Positions 48,799-59,581 of a stretch of 64,000 bases of DNA are shown piece after piece; positions within the stretch are counted from its first letter, which is position 1; every line of letters starts with the position of its first letter. The notes beneath the pieces are model-generated. The model saw only the letters and a list, made by a program, of their open reading frames with translations, had not been told where the DNA came from and did not search any database. The position numbers and the translations under genes were made by a program. The DNA comes from Candidatus Marinacidobacterales bacterium (lineage in GTDB: Bacteria; Acidobacteriota; Vicinamibacteria; Marinacidobacterales; SMYC01), in NCBI GenBank assembly GCA_965224085.1, contig CBDCYI010000011.1, positions 1,543,639 to 1,607,638 of the forward strand. The letters are read 5' to 3'.

Positions 48799-49281
48799 TC
48801 ATTCGTCTTCCAACTTCTCGAACAAAAAAGCCATCTCGACTGCGGCGAGCGCGGCGTCGTAGCCCCTGTTGTTCTTGTTTTCGCTTCCTTGGCGAGCGCG
48901 CTCGACCGCCTGCTCCATCGTGTCTGTGGTCAAGACGGCGTTCGTCATCGGAACGTTCGTAGCAAGCGACGCTTGGCAAATCCCGGAAGTCGCCGTCTTG
49001 CTGAGGTAATGCCAATGCGGGGTGTCGCCCTTGACGATCGCACCGAGACAGATGACCGCGGCGAAACGGCCGGTCTCCGCGAGGCGTTTCGCCGCGAGCG
49101 GGATCTCGAACGCTCCCGGGACGCGCACCACTTCTACGTCGGCCTCGCCGACGCGGGCGCGACGGAGCGCTTCGAGCGCACCTTCAAGGAGCTTGTCTGT
49201 CACCATATTGTTGAACCGACCGAGGACGATTCCGAATCGCAGCCCAACACCTACCGGCTTGCCTTCCCAGATCTTCGTCAC
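48799..49281 (-). CDS. ribH: 6,7-dimethyl-8-ribityllumazine synthase
   Basis: FGIVLGRFN...VPGAFEIP...GAIVKGDTPH. The start is uncertain: GTG at 49281 or ATG at 49335. Confidence 0.85.
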   Translation of the reverse strand: MTKIWEGKPVGVGLRFGIVLGRFNNMVTDKLLEGALEALRRARVGEADVEVVRVPGAFEIPLAAKRLAETGRFAAVICLGAIVKGDTPHWHYLSKTATSGICQASLATNVPMTNAVLTTDTMEQAVERARQGSENKNNRGYDAALAAVEMAFLFEKLEDE

Positions 49282-49297
49282 GTCGTGTCGTTCTCGC

Positions 49298-50080
49298 TCA
49301 CCTACCGGTGAATTTCGGGGGACGCTTCTCGACAAACGCCTTCATACCTTCGCGCCAGTCATCGCTTCCGGCGAGTACACCGAAGAGCGTCGCTTCGAGC
49401 TCGAGCCCTGTCTCGAGATCGGCGTCGAGTCCTCGGTTCACCGCGAGAATGACGCTCCGCAGAGCGCCCGGCGCATTCTTGATGATTTTCCGCGCAAGGT
49501 CGTCGGCAGCCGTCGCGAGCTCGTTGTTCGGTACCACACGGTTCACGAGGCCGATGCGATAGGCCTCCGCGGCGTCGACAGGCTGGGCGCTCAAGATCAT
49601 CTCGAGCGCCCGTCCGCTCCCCACGAGGCGTGCGAGGCGTTGGGTCCCGCCATAACCCGGAATCGCGCCGAGGCCGACCTCGGGCAAGCCGAGCTTGGCG
49701 GTGTCCGATGCCAGGCGTATGTGGCAAGCGAGCGCGAGCTCGAGTCCACCCCCGAGCGCGAACCCGTTCACCGCGGCAAGGACCGGCTTTCCGAGCGTCT
49801 CCAGCTTGCGAAAGATTGCCTGATCGCGTCGTGCGGCAAGGTGGCCTCCCTCGGCCGATAGCTCTCGAAGCTCCTTGATGTCCGCACCTGCAACGAAAGC
49901 TTTCTCGCCGGCGCCGGTGACGATAAGAGCGCGTATGTCCGTGGCGGCGTCCACGCTCTCGAGCGCGGTCTCGAGCTCAGAAAGCGTCGCCTCATTGAGC
50001 GCGTTGAGCTTGTCGGGCCGCTTCACGGTGAGCGTCGCGATGCCGTCGCGATCCGTCAGCATGAGATTTTCGAAATTCAT
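49298..50080 (-). CDS. enoyl-CoA hydratase/isomerase family protein
   Basis: Crotonase fold (FVAGADIKE). Confidence 0.85.
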   Translation of the reverse strand: MNFENLMLTDRDGIATLTVKRPDKLNALNEATLSELETALESVDAATDIRALIVTGAGEKAFVAGADIKELRELSAEGGHLAARRDQAIFRKLETLGKPVLAAVNGFALGGGLELALACHIRLASDTAKLGLPEVGLGAIPGYGGTQRLARLVGSGRALEMILSAQPVDAAEAYRIGLVNRVVPNNELATAADDLARKIIKNAPGALRSVILAVNRGLDADLETGLELEATLFGVLAGSDDWREGMKAFVEKRPPKFTGR

Positions 50081-50577
50081 TGCGACTTCTCAGTGATCCT
50101 GGTCGAGCGTTTCTCGTGAGATTCCTCGTATATGATATTCCCTCGAGACTCTATTTGGCGCACTCGCACGCTCCAAAACGTCGAGAGCGTCCGTCCTGCC
50201 AAGAACGCTCCCAGCGCATCAAACGAGACATCATAGGCATCCCCGACGCGCGCCGGTACGAACGATTGATGCCACTCGTCACACGCACCATATAGCACTG
50301 CGACCGCCACGCCGCCCCAAAGCTTCGCGCCCGAAACAGGCTCGGCAAGGCCGTGCCCGAACGCGCGTATCGCAAGGATCGCCATCACGAAATACGCGCC
50401 GCCATGGAGGACAACATCCGGAACCGCCGAGACACCTTCGGGCCTCGGCCGGGAGGAGACCCAAAACACAAGTCCCATGTACAGAAGTAGCGGAGCCCAG
50501 CAGCGCGCGAAAGAAGCAATCACGAAGGAAAAGGGTACATCAACCAGCCTATGATGAAGGCTGAGCCAACGAAACAA
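50077..50577 (-). CDS. VanZ-family membrane protein
   Basis: 4 TM segments and a DEWHQ motif. Confidence 0.7.
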   Translation of the reverse strand: MFRWLSLHHRLVDVPFSFVIASFARCWAPLLLYMGLVFWVSSRPRPEGVSAVPDVVLHGGAYFVMAILAIRAFGHGLAEPVSGAKLWGGVAVAVLYGACDEWHQSFVPARVGDAYDVSFDALGAFLAGRTLSTFWSVRVRQIESRGNIIYEESHEKRSTRITEKSQ

Positions 50578-50701
50578 GCAAACGCGAACAAGCCAAATTT
50601 GACTTGCTCTTTCGGTTCTTCGCGCATGAGGAGAGCAAATCCTGTCGAGACGAGAACGGCGAAGATGCTCAAAATCAGGAAGTGGCTCGTCATTCGGTTA
50701 G

Positions 50702-51097
50702 TCAGTCCTTCCTCCCGACCAAGATGTCATAGACGTCGAGCACGATGAGCATGTTCAAAAGCCCCGCCACGATGCAAAAAGTGTAGCCGTACTCGTAAGT
50801 GACGGAGGTCACGGCCCCCGCCCCGAATCCCATCATTTTGATAATAAAATACGGAAGCCCAACACCCATCTCCGCGAGACCGGCAAGCAGTGTGAGCAAT
50901 GCCCCCGTATCGAGCTCGAAGAGCTCGCCTTGGAGCTGAATGCCAAGGGCAAACAAAGCGACAACGACGACAAAGAAAATAATGCCGCGGTTGCGCTTGC
51001 CGATCATGAAATGCCCGAGCCCAGGCACGAGCCACCCAGAAAGGCACGCAGGGATGGCCGCAAACGAAAACTCTGCTGAAACGTCCTTAGCCGGCAT
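50702..51097 (-). CDS. small integral membrane protein, unknown function
   Basis: Four predicted TM helices. Confidence 0.5.
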   Translation of the reverse strand: MPAKDVSAEFSFAAIPACLSGWLVPGLGHFMIGKRNRGIIFFVVVVALFALGIQLQGELFELDTGALLTLLAGLAEMGVGLPYFIIKMMGFGAGAVTSVTYEYGYTFCIVAGLLNMLIVLDVYDILVGRKD

Positions 51098-51208
51098 GAA
51101 CGTTCATTTTAGTACAAACGCTCACTCCAAAGGGAGAGCTTCAAGAGATCGATATCAAAAAAGCGTAACAGTAGACCGATCCTTGAAGCTTAGGCCCCTA
51201 AAAGGTTC

Positions 51209-51829
51209 TTACGGGGTCCCGTAGAGCCGGTCTCCGAAGTCACCCAGCCCAGGGACGATATATTTGCGCTCGTCGAGGCCGCGGTCGACCGCCGCGGTGT
51301 AGATATCGACCTCGGGGCAGTCCTGGGACAGCCGGTCGATCCCTTCGGGAGCGGCAACGATACACAAAAGACGAACGTTCGTCGCAGCGTGCTCCTTCAA
51401 CAAAGACACCGCGGCGCTGGCCGAGCCACCGGTGGCCAACATGGGGTCGAGCAGAAAAACGAAACGGCCAGAAAGATCCGGAAGCTTTCGATAATATTGA
51501 CGCGCAACCGCCGTCGATTCGTCTCTCTCGAGCCCGACATAGCCGACCGATGCGGAGGGAAAGACCAACAGCATGACTTCGAGCATGCCCATTCCCGCAC
51601 GCAAAACGGGCACGAGCACGACGCTTGCATCCAGCTTTTGGACATCGGTCTCCTCGAGCGGCGTGCGGACACGCTCCGTACGACCCCGTAGATCGCGCGA
51701 CGCGTCATAGGCGAGAAGCGTCGTCACCCGACTCGCGAGCGGGCGAAAACGCTCCGGCGGTGTCGAGGCATCTCGAAGTTCCGAGCGCACGTCATCGATC
51801 AAGGGATGCTTCACATGATGAAGCGCCAC
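51209..51829 (-). CDS. upp: uracil phosphoribosyltransferase
   Basis: LVPVLRAGMGM and LLDPMLATGGSA motifs. Confidence 0.9.
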   Translation of the reverse strand: MALHHVKHPLIDDVRSELRDASTPPERFRPLASRVTTLLAYDASRDLRGRTERVRTPLEETDVQKLDASVVLVPVLRAGMGMLEVMLLVFPSASVGYVGLERDESTAVARQYYRKLPDLSGRFVFLLDPMLATGGSASAAVSLLKEHAATNVRLLCIVAAPEGIDRLSQDCPEVDIYTAAVDRGLDERKYIVPGLGDFGDRLYGTP

Positions 51830-51877
51830 TTCGGACTCCTTTCAACAGAAAGCTGTTATTATCCTATCCTTTCGGCG

Positions 51878-53197
51878 ATGAGAGCGGTTGATCTACTCCA
51901 CAAAAAAAGACACGGGCTCGCACTCGAGCCCGAGGAGATTCGCTTTCTCGTCGATGGCTTCATCGCAGATGCGATCCCGAGCTACCAAATCTCTGCTTTT
52001 CTCATGGCGGTGAGCATCCAAGGGATGAACGAGCGCGAGACGCGCGCGCTCACGGAAACGATGCTCGCGAGCGGCGCCGTGCTCGATCTCTCGGACATTC
52101 CGGGACCCAAAATCGACAAACACAGCACCGGCGGCGTCGGGGACAAGACGTCGCTCATAGTCGCCCCGCTCGCCGCAGCGGCGGGGCTGCGCGTGCCGAT
52201 GATCTCCGGCCGCGGCCTCGGGCATTCGGGCGGAACGCTGGACAAGCTCGAGGCCATTCCGGGCTTCGAGATCCGAATCGACGAGAAGCGTTTTCGCGAG
52301 CTCGTCGCCTCTGTCGGATGCGCGCTCATTGGTCAGACCGATGGCATCGCTCCCGCCGACCGCAAGCTCTACGCGTTGCGGGACGTGACCGCCACGATCG
52401 ACAGTTTGCCGCTGATTACCGGCAGCATCCTCTCGAAAAAGCTCGCCGAAGGGATTTCCGGGCTCGTTCTCGACGTGAAGTTCGGAAGCGGCGCGTTCAT
52501 GAAAACTGTCGAAGAAGCGAACGCCCTCGCGAAACTTCTGCTCAAAACCGCAGCTCACATGGGCAAGAGAGCCGTCGCCCTCCTCACCGACATGAGCCAA
52601 CCGCTCGGGAATTATGTCGGCAACGCACTCGAGGTAGAGGAGTCGATCGCCGTGCTCAAAGGCCACGGCGCCCGCGACTTGGCCGAGCTTTCGTTGACGC
52701 TCACAGCGCACATGCTGGTGCTCGGCGACTTGGCGCGGACGGTCGAAGACGGAGAGAAAAAAGCGTCGCAGGAGCTTCAGTCCGGGCGAGGCCTCGAGAA
52801 GCTTCGGCAGATCGTCCGAGCACAAGGGGGCGACGCTGCCGTGATCGACGAGCCCCGCCTCCTTCCACAAGCGAGCGCGAGACGCGTCCTACAGGTGGCA
52901 GCCGGGGGCCACGTTTCCGCGATCGAGACGGAAGCGCTCGGGCACGCGGCGATGCTCATTGGCGCTGGACGACGGACGGTGGACGATGTGATCGATCCGG
53001 CTGCGGGTCTCGTCATTCACAAGAAGCTCGGGGATAAAGTCACGAAAGGCGAGCCGCTCCTCACATTTCACTACAACGATGACACGAACCTCGAAGAGGC
53101 TGCCGAGCTGGTGGCGAACGCCTATCAAATCACCGATGCTCGAAACGCTCCGCGCGAGCTCGTGCACTCGGTTCTCACGACGGAAAGGAAGACTTGA
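51878..53197 (+). CDS. deoA: thymidine/pyrimidine-nucleoside phosphorylase
   Basis: KHSTGGVGDK, SGRGLGHSGGTLDKLE. Confidence 0.9.
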   Translation: MRAVDLLHKKRHGLALEPEEIRFLVDGFIADAIPSYQISAFLMAVSIQGMNERETRALTETMLASGAVLDLSDIPGPKIDKHSTGGVGDKTSLIVAPLAAAAGLRVPMISGRGLGHSGGTLDKLEAIPGFEIRIDEKRFRELVASVGCALIGQTDGIAPADRKLYALRDVTATIDSLPLITGSILSKKLAEGISGLVLDVKFGSGAFMKTVEEANALAKLLLKTAAHMGKRAVALLTDMSQPLGNYVGNALEVEESIAVLKGHGARDLAELSLTLTAHMLVLGDLARTVEDGEKKASQELQSGRGLEKLRQIVRAQGGDAAVIDEPRLLPQASARRVLQVAAGGHVSAIETEALGHAAMLIGAGRRTVDDVIDPAAGLVIHKKLGDKVTKGEPLLTFHYNDDTNLEEAAELVANAYQITDARNAPRELVHSVLTTERKT

Positions 53198-54399
53198 TGG
53201 AGCAATATATCGGCATCGTCGGGCTCGTCGTCCTTTTGGGGATAGCCTATCTCGCGTCACAGAATCGGAAAGCCATCGGCGGGCGCGTCATCGTCTGGGG
53301 CCTCGTTCTCCAATTTGCTTTCGCTTTGTTCGTGATAAAGGTTCCGGTCGGCGTGTCGATCCTTGCATGGGTGAGCGGCGTCGTGACTGAACTCATGAAC
53401 AAAGCTTCGGCCGGTGCGGCATTCGTGTTCGGAGAGGAGCTCGCTAAGAATCAAAGCCTCGGCTTCATCTTCGCGGTCAAAGCCCTCCCTATCATCATCT
53501 TTCTTTCTTCCCTATTCGCGGTCATGTATTACATCGGGCTGTTGCAGATCATCGTTCTGGCGATGGCCAAAGTGATGGCGCGCACGATGGGGACGAGCGG
53601 CGCGGAGTCGCTTGCGACCGCGGCCAACGTTTTCATGGGTCAGACCGAGGCCCCTCTCGTCATCGCGCCCTACATCGACAAGATGACCAATTCGGAGGTC
53701 GCCATGTTGATGGTCGGCGGGATGGCGACGATCTCGGGCGCCGTTTTGGGCGCGTATATCAGTTTCGGGGCCGAAGCACAATTCTTGTTGGCCGCGAGCA
53801 TCATGAACGCGCCCGCTGCCATCGTGATGGCGAAGATGCTCGTTCCGGAAATGGGTGAGCCCCTCACACGCGGCGAAGTCAAGCTCGAGCTCGAGCGAAA
53901 AGAAGTCAACATTATCGACGCCGCCGCGCGGGGCGCGAGCGCCGGAATGACGCTGTCTCTCAACATCGCAGCCATGTTGATAGCCTTCGTGTCGCTCATA
54001 GCACTCGTTAATTGGCCACTCCAATATTTCGATCTCTCGCTCGAGCAGATCTTTGCCAGGTTGTTCGCGCCTCTCGCTTACTTGATGGGCGTCCCTTGGG
54101 CGGAGTCGGGCACGGTCGGGAACCTGATCGGGCAGAAAGTGATCATCAACGAGTTCGTCGCCTATCAATCGCTGGGCGCGCTCAAGACCGCCGGTGCTAT
54201 CGGCGCGCGCGCAGAGCTCATCTCCACCTACGCTCTGTGCGGTTTCGCCAATATCGGCTCTATCGCGATCCAAATAGGCGGGATTGGCGGCCTTGCACCA
54301 GCACGCAAGCAAGACCTCGCCCGCCTCGGGCTTCGTGCGCTGCTCGGCGGGTCGCTCGCCACGTTCATGACCGCGACGATTGCTGGACTATTGAGTTGA
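53194..54399 (+). CDS. nupC: NupC/CNT-family concentrative nucleoside transporter
   Basis: Multi-TM CNT fold with GQTEAPL motif. Confidence 0.85.
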   Translation: MMEQYIGIVGLVVLLGIAYLASQNRKAIGGRVIVWGLVLQFAFALFVIKVPVGVSILAWVSGVVTELMNKASAGAAFVFGEELAKNQSLGFIFAVKALPIIIFLSSLFAVMYYIGLLQIIVLAMAKVMARTMGTSGAESLATAANVFMGQTEAPLVIAPYIDKMTNSEVAMLMVGGMATISGAVLGAYISFGAEAQFLLAASIMNAPAAIVMAKMLVPEMGEPLTRGEVKLELERKEVNIIDAAARGASAGMTLSLNIAAMLIAFVSLIALVNWPLQYFDLSLEQIFARLFAPLAYLMGVPWAESGTVGNLIGQKVIINEFVAYQSLGALKTAGAIGARAELISTYALCGFANIGSIAIQIGGIGGLAPARKQDLARLGLRALLGGSLATFMTATIAGLLS

Positions 54400-54421
54400 G
54401 TGTCGTTTTCCCCGTTTTCTA

Positions 54422-55261
54422 TTGTCAGGAAGTCCTGTGAATCTCGTTGAGAAAATTCAAGAGGCAGCCACCTATATCGGGTCGAAGACGAGGATTCGGG
54501 CCAAGGTTGGTATCGTGCTCGGGTCGGGGCTCGGCGCATTCGCCGATTCCTTGACGGAGGCGACCGAATTTCCCTACGAGGCTATCCCTCATTTCCCGAG
54601 CTCGAGCGTCGAAGGGCACAAAGGCAAGTTGATCGCGGGAAAGTTCGCGCACGTTCCGGTGCTCGTCATGGCCGGCCGCGTACATGCCTACGAAGGCTAT
54701 AGCGCTGCGGACGTCGTGTTCCCGGCTCGCGTCATGGTGACGAGCGGCGCACAGAACCTCGTCCTCACCAATGCCGCTGGCGCTGTCAATGCCGCTTTCA
54801 AGCCGGGCGATCTGATGGTCATCACCGATCAATTGAACTTGACCGGCTTGAACCCTCTCGTCGGCCCAGAGCTGCCCGAGCTCGGACATCGCTTCACCGA
54901 CGTTTCTTCCGCCTATCATCCCGCTCATATCGAGACGTGCAACAAAGCCGCGCGCCGAATCGGATTGACCTTGAGAAAAGGCGTCTATGCGGGGCTTCTC
55001 GGGCCGAGCTTCGAGACGCCAGCCGAGATTCGTATGCTCCGCACGATGGGAGCCGACGCCGTCGGGATGTCCACCGTGCTCGAGACGATCGCCGCGCATC
55101 AGATGCGTGCCCGCGTGCTCGGGATCTCCTGTATCACCAACATGGCAGCTGGAATCCTCCAGCAAAAGATCAACCATCAAGAGGTCAGGGAGGTAGGCGC
55201 TCGCGTTAGCTCCGTATTCCTCGAGCTCATCAGCTCACTCTTACCGGACCTAATGAAATGA
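54422..55261 (+). CDS. punA: purine nucleoside phosphorylase (PNP family 2, PunA-like)
   Basis: PunA/MTAP family pattern (GSGLG...HxGKL...AGRxHxYEG). Confidence 0.85.
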   Translation: MSGSPVNLVEKIQEAATYIGSKTRIRAKVGIVLGSGLGAFADSLTEATEFPYEAIPHFPSSSVEGHKGKLIAGKFAHVPVLVMAGRVHAYEGYSAADVVFPARVMVTSGAQNLVLTNAAGAVNAAFKPGDLMVITDQLNLTGLNPLVGPELPELGHRFTDVSSAYHPAHIETCNKAARRIGLTLRKGVYAGLLGPSFETPAEIRMLRTMGADAVGMSTVLETIAAHQMRARVLGISCITNMAAGILQQKINHQEVREVGARVSSVFLELISSLLPDLMK

Positions 55262-55653
55262 TTGACATTCCAAAAGACCTCGTCGAGCACGCCACGCGCG
55301 TCCGCGAGAATGCAGTGGCGGATTTCTCCAAGTTCAAAGTCGGCGCAGCACTTCGCAGCAACGGAGGCGACATCTTTACTGGCTGCAACGTCGAGAACGC
55401 TACCCTCGGACTGACCATATGCGCCGAGCGCGTGGCGCTCTTCAAAGCGCTCTCAGAAGGCGCCCGGGCCTTCACCGAGATCGTCGTCGTCACCGCCGCC
55501 GACAAACCGACGCCACCCTGCGGCGCCTGCCGGCAAATGCTGTGGGAGTTTTGTGGCGACATCCCCGTCTACATGGTGAGCACCAACGGAACGAACGACA
55601 CGATGAAGATGAGCGAGCTGTTTCCGAGAGCGTTCGATAAATCGGGCCTGTGA
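55258..55653 (+). CDS. cdd: cytidine deaminase
   Basis: CAERVA...PCGACRQ zinc ligands. Confidence 0.9.
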   Translation: MIDIPKDLVEHATRVRENAVADFSKFKVGAALRSNGGDIFTGCNVENATLGLTICAERVALFKALSEGARAFTEIVVVTAADKPTPPCGACRQMLWEFCGDIPVYMVSTNGTNDTMKMSELFPRAFDKSGL

Positions 55654-55718
55654 GGCTGTGACGGAAGTTGACGTCCGTGCTGCCGGCTACCCGTGCGTTT
55701 CGCCACGTCCCAGCTGAC

Positions 55719-56353
55719 TCAATCTCGTACGGCGACAAACGGTAGTTGACGGTAGCGTTGGTTGTCGTCTAGGCCGTAGCCGACGACGAGGCGATCGGGG
55801 ACTTCGAAGCCGACATAATCGACAGCAACGTCGAACTCGCGCCGGGACGGCTTCGATAGAAACGCGGCCACCTTTAATGTAGCCGGCTCGCGCGAACGGA
55901 GCATGTTGAGAAGATAGTTGAGCGTGAGCCCTGTATCCGCAATGTCCTCGACGACGATCACGTCGCGGCCCGCGAGCGACAAGTCCAGGTCCTTCGTCAG
56001 CTGAACCTCTCCGCTCGAAGTTTTGCCCTTCCCATAGGATGACACCGCGAGGAAGTCGAGCGTCACCGGCACTTCCATCGCTCGCGCGAGATCGGCGAGA
56101 AAAGTATAGCGCCTTTCAGCACGCAGATGAGATGGACCGTCTTCCCTTGATAGTCCGCGCTGATTTCTTTAGCCAGCTCGCGGACGCGCCTCGCGATTTG
56201 TTCTTCGCTGATCAGGACTTCCATTCTCTCTCTAGTGTCTAACTCGCTCACCGAGCGCGGGCGGCAGCTCGCGCGAAGTGTAAGGCGATTAGGGAAGTGT
56301 AAGGCAGGGACGTGTAGGGACAGGAGGGGATAAGGGGATCTCCGCCTCTCCAC
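55719..56353 (-). pseudogene. hpt: hypoxanthine phosphoribosyltransferase split by -1 frameshift in an A4/T4 homopolymer (about 56100-56103)
   Basis: The 5' piece gives EVLISEEQIARRVRELA...GKTVHLICVLKGA. The 3' piece gives (FLADLARA)MEVPVTLDFLAVSSYG...VVEDIADTGLTL...VGYGLD. Inserting one T on the sense strand restores a single Hpt ORF. Confidence 0.75.
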
Positions 56354-56416
56354 ACATCCCCACCGCTCGTTTTCTGATACATCGACGGGCGGTAGGTCTT
56401 CACCACTCTGAGCGGA

Positions 56417-57349
56417 TCAGCCTTGGGCGAACAACTCGAACGTCACGGTAATGACGCCGTAGGCTTCGATCGGCCGGCCCTCTTTGAGGGCGGGCTTCCA
56501 CCTCCAGAGTTTGGCATTATCTTTAGCAGCCTCGACGCAATACCGAAGGGATTTCAAGACCCGGACGACTTCGGTGGTCCCGTCGAGCTTCACGAGGACT
56601 TCGAGCAACACTTCCCCTCGCACCATCTTTTCGCGGGCAGCGGCCGGATAGTCGGGGCTCGGAGGCTTGAAAACAAGAGCGGGCTCGATATCCCACGCGC
56701 CCGGCGAGTAATCGCCGCCGCCGAAACCGCCTCCGCGCCCGGGGCCGACCGCCCAGCCTTCGCCGCTACCCACGCCCGTGCCTTCGCCGCCGCCGACACC
56801 GCCATCGGTGCCTGCGCTCGGTCGGTTGTCGAGGCCGCCGAAATCCCGCATGTCATCCAAAGACAATCCGGGGAACTCTTGCTCATCCGGCGAGAACACC
56901 CCAGCGAAAATGATATCCGTATCGGTAGGTAAATCCGGAACGTTCAAGTCGTCGAAACGGAGCTTTGGCGGCTTTCGGGGCGCCACTGGCGCGCGACGCG
57001 GCTCCGGCTCCACCTCGGGCTCCGGCGCCTCCGGCGGTGGTCTTGTGCGGATAAAGGCGGAAATCCGCTCCCCACCCGAGCCGCCACCACCGCCACCGCT
57101 CCCGCGCCCACTCCCGCCTGGCTCATAGAAGCGGACGAGCACCCCTCCCGCTTCCATCGGATCTTGGGACATCCAGCTAGCTATGGGCGGGAGAAGCATG
57201 AAGAGGAAGACGAGAACATGCACACCCCCGGCGGCCGAGAGAGATTTTGTGCGTTCGTCCCAACCGAGCTTTGGCGCACTCTCCTCGGAGAGGCGTTCCA
57301 TTCCGGAAAAGAACTCCGGACCTTGGCTCATGTCACCCATCCTGGCCAA
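56417..57349 (-). CDS. TonB-family energy transducer
   Basis: TM anchor, Pro/Gly-rich spacer and a C-terminal TonB_C domain. Confidence 0.7.
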   Translation of the reverse strand: MARMGDMSQGPEFFSGMERLSEESAPKLGWDERTKSLSAAGGVHVLVFLFMLLPPIASWMSQDPMEAGGVLVRFYEPGGSGRGSGGGGGGSGGERISAFIRTRPPPEAPEPEVEPEPRRAPVAPRKPPKLRFDDLNVPDLPTDTDIIFAGVFSPDEQEFPGLSLDDMRDFGGLDNRPSAGTDGGVGGGEGTGVGSGEGWAVGPGRGGGFGGGDYSPGAWDIEPALVFKPPSPDYPAAAREKMVRGEVLLEVLVKLDGTTEVVRVLKSLRYCVEAAKDNAKLWRWKPALKEGRPIEAYGVITVTFELFAQG

Positions 57350-57490
57350 ATGTTAGCACGGCGGCCAGGACGACGCCCGTCGCCGGCCATGAACTTGCGT
57401 CCTACGGGTCGGCCCCGACGGACCGCGGATTTCCGTCGCCGATTCAAGGGCTTGCAAGAAATCAAGGGGCGTCATAGATTAAGCCGAGTG

Positions 57491-58120
57491 GCCGACGACA
57501 AACGCCGCATCCTGACGGGCGAGGATGTCCAATCGATTCCTGAAGGAGGTATTCTCGACATCACGCCGGGCACGTTGCTCACCGACATCGCTCGTGAGTG
57601 GGTCGACCGGCGCAAGATCCGAATCGTCGAACGCATGCGCTCGGGCGACGACGCCATCGCCGCAGTGAAGCTCGCGATCGGCTCTGACCATGGCGGCTTC
57701 GAAATGAAAAGCGCCCTCAGGGAATACCTCGACGTGCTAAAAGCGAGTTATATCGACTATGGCACCCGTTCGAAAAGAGCGGTCGACTACCCGGACATCG
57801 CCCACGCCGTCGCTCTCTCCGTCGCCCTCGGACAGGCGAAGCAAGGGATCATCATCGACGGCGCCGGTATCGGCTCAGCCATCGTCGCTAACAAAGTCCC
57901 TGGCATTCGCGCAGCAGCGTGCTACGAGGAAGCGGGCGCTATGAACGCACGCGAGCACAACGACATCAACGTGCTCACGCTCGGCTCCAACCTGATGCTC
58001 CCCGAAAAGCTGCGGCCCATCGTGCGCATCTTCATGAGCGCCGAGCACCGCGAGCCCCGTCACAAGAACCGGGTGGCGAAGATCATGGCGGTCGAAAAGA
58101 AGTATTATCGACCCGTATGA
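57491..58120 (+). CDS. rpiB: ribose-5-phosphate isomerase B (RpiB/LacA/LacB family) with ~55-aa N-terminal extension
   Basis: [13 protein letters not shown]...[12 protein letters not shown]...[17 protein letters not shown]...EHNDINVL. The start is uncertain (GTG near 57491); upstream ORF extensions are Arg-rich antisense of tonB. Confidence 0.75.
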   Translation, partial: ADDKRRILTGEDVQSIPEGGILDITPGTLLTDIAREWVDRRKIRIVERMRSGDDAIAAVKLAIGSDHGGFEMKSALREYLDVLKASYIDYGTRSKRAVDYPDIAHAVALSVALGQAKQGIIIDGAGIGSAIVANKVPGIRAAACYEEAGAMNAREHNDINVLTLGSNLMLPEKLRPIVRIFMSAEHREPRHKNRVAKIMAVEKKYYRPV

Positions 58121-58950
58121 GCTGGGACCTGGAACGTCTCACAGACGCGGTGACCGAGGCTGTGCTCTTGGAGCTCGGCGCCGCCGATCGTCCATGCAGC
58201 TGCCATCATCTCGATCGCAGCCAGTGTCCCGACGTGATGCAGCCGCTCGTCGATCGCGGCGCGGAACGGTTTGGCCTAACGGCTTCCGCTCCTCATCGAA
58301 GCCTCGCCGCTCTCATCGACCACACGCTTCTCAAACCCGACGCCACCGAAGAGCAGATCCGAACGCTGTGCGCCGAAGCGGCCACGCATCGATTCGCGAC
58401 TGTATGTATTCAGCCAACCTGGGTGCGGCTCGCCGCCCAGCTTCTTCGCGGAACGAGCGTCGGCGTTTGCACCGTCTCCGGATTTCCGCTTGGCGCCAAT
58501 AGTCCGGACGTCAAAGCCTACGAGACCCGTCGCGCAATATTCGACGGCGCCAATGAAGTCGACATGGTGATCAATATCGGCGCACTCAAGTCGATAGACT
58601 ACCGCACCGTCGAAGACGACATCCGCGGAGTCGTCGAAGCGTGCCGAGAAGGATCCGCGCTGAGCAAGGTCATCATAGAGACGGCGCTTCTCACCGAAGA
58701 CGAGAAAGTCAAAGCATCCACGCTCGTGGCTGCGGCCGGCGCCGACTTCATCAAGACCTCGACCGGATTCGGGCCCGGAGGCGCAACCGTCGAAGACGTC
58801 GCGCTCATGCGGGACATCGTCGGCCAGAAAATGGGCGTCAAAGCCGCAGGTGGCGTCCGCGATCGCGCGACCGCAAAACAGATGGTGGATGCCGGAGCAA
58901 CCCGGATCGGCGCGAGTGCGGGGATCCGCATCATTCAGGCGAGCGACTAA
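58117..58950 (+). CDS. deoC: deoxyribose-phosphate aldolase with ~55-aa N-terminal extension
   Basis: DHTLLKP...FATVCIQP...GFPLG...KVIIE...[11 protein letters not shown]...VKAAGGV. The N-terminal extension contains CSCHH...C. Confidence 0.85.
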   Translation: MSWDLERLTDAVTEAVLLELGAADRPCSCHHLDRSQCPDVMQPLVDRGAERFGLTASAPHRSLAALIDHTLLKPDATEEQIRTLCAEAATHRFATVCIQPTWVRLAAQLLRGTSVGVCTVSGFPLGANSPDVKAYETRRAIFDGANEVDMVINIGALKSIDYRTVEDDIRGVVEACREGSALSKVIIETALLTEDEKVKASTLVAAAGADFIKTSTGFGPGGATVEDVALMRDIVGQKMGVKAAGGVRDRATAKQMVDAGATRIGASAGIRIIQASD

Positions 58951-59578
58951 GAGCCCGACTCGCTTGCTCGTAGTCCTCTGGCGTATCGATATCGACGCAA
59001 ACTCCCGGATCCTCGACAGGTATCTCGAGTACTTCGTCGTGGTGGCGCGCGAGCAAAGACTTCCCGCCCTGATCGCCGACGAGGGTCAGAAACTCCTCGA
59101 CAAGCTCCGCGACAAAGAGCACAGGATGCCCCTGCTCGCCTCGATAGACCGGATGGGCGATGCGCGCACCGACTTCGTCGAAGGTGGCCGTGAGCGTGCG
59201 GATCGTCTCAGGCTTCACGAGCGGTTTGTCGGCGAGTGCTACGAGCACGATGCGCGTTTCTTCGGGCAAGCGCTCGAGCCCGCATCGGAGCGAGCTCGCG
59301 AGTCCGTCGTTGCTGCCAGGATTTATTACCACCTCGACGCGCTCATCATCTTTAAATAGTTTGAATGGTTTAAATGGCTTGAATGGTTTATGAGGCTCAC
59401 AAAGCTCGCTCGGAGACTCGCCAGGCGAAGCGACGACGACGAGAACACGATCAAGCTCGGCGGCCAACAAATTGCGGAGGCTCCTCGACAGCATCGTCTC
59501 GCCGCCGAAAGCGAGATCGAGCTTCGGACGCCCCATTCGGCGCGATGCGCCCGCCGCAAGAAGTACCGCGACGCGCAC
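58931..59578 (-). CDS. MobA-like NTP transferase, YgfJ/MocA-like molybdenum-hydroxylase accessory protein
   Basis: [16 protein letters not shown]-terminal motif. Lies directly downstream of yqeC. Confidence 0.7.
   Translation of the reverse strand: MRVAVLLAAGASRRMGRPKLDLAFGGETMLSRSLRNLLAAELDRVLVVVASPGESPSELCEPHKPFKPFKPFKLFKDDERVEVVINPGSNDGLASSLRCGLERLPEETRIVLVALADKPLVKPETIRTLTATFDEVGARIAHPVYRGEQGHPVLFVAELVEEFLTLVGDQGGKSLLARHHDEVLEIPVEDPGVCVDIDTPEDYEQASRALSRSPE
59351..59390. repeat. 9-nt tandem repeat x4 (ttgaatggt-like) inside ygfJ-like gene
   Basis: tttaaatag ttgaatggt ttaaatggc ttgaatggt. Encodes [14 protein letters not shown] on the minus strand. Confidence 0.8.
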
Positions 59579-59581
59579 CGG

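Noticed and set aside
57164-58950. Sugar-phosphate-utilising bacterial microcompartment (DeoC plus RpiB with N-terminal extensions)
   Set aside because: No BMC-H, BMC-T or BMC-P shell genes or aldehyde dehydrogenase are present in the window. The genes sit in an ordinary nucleoside catabolism context.
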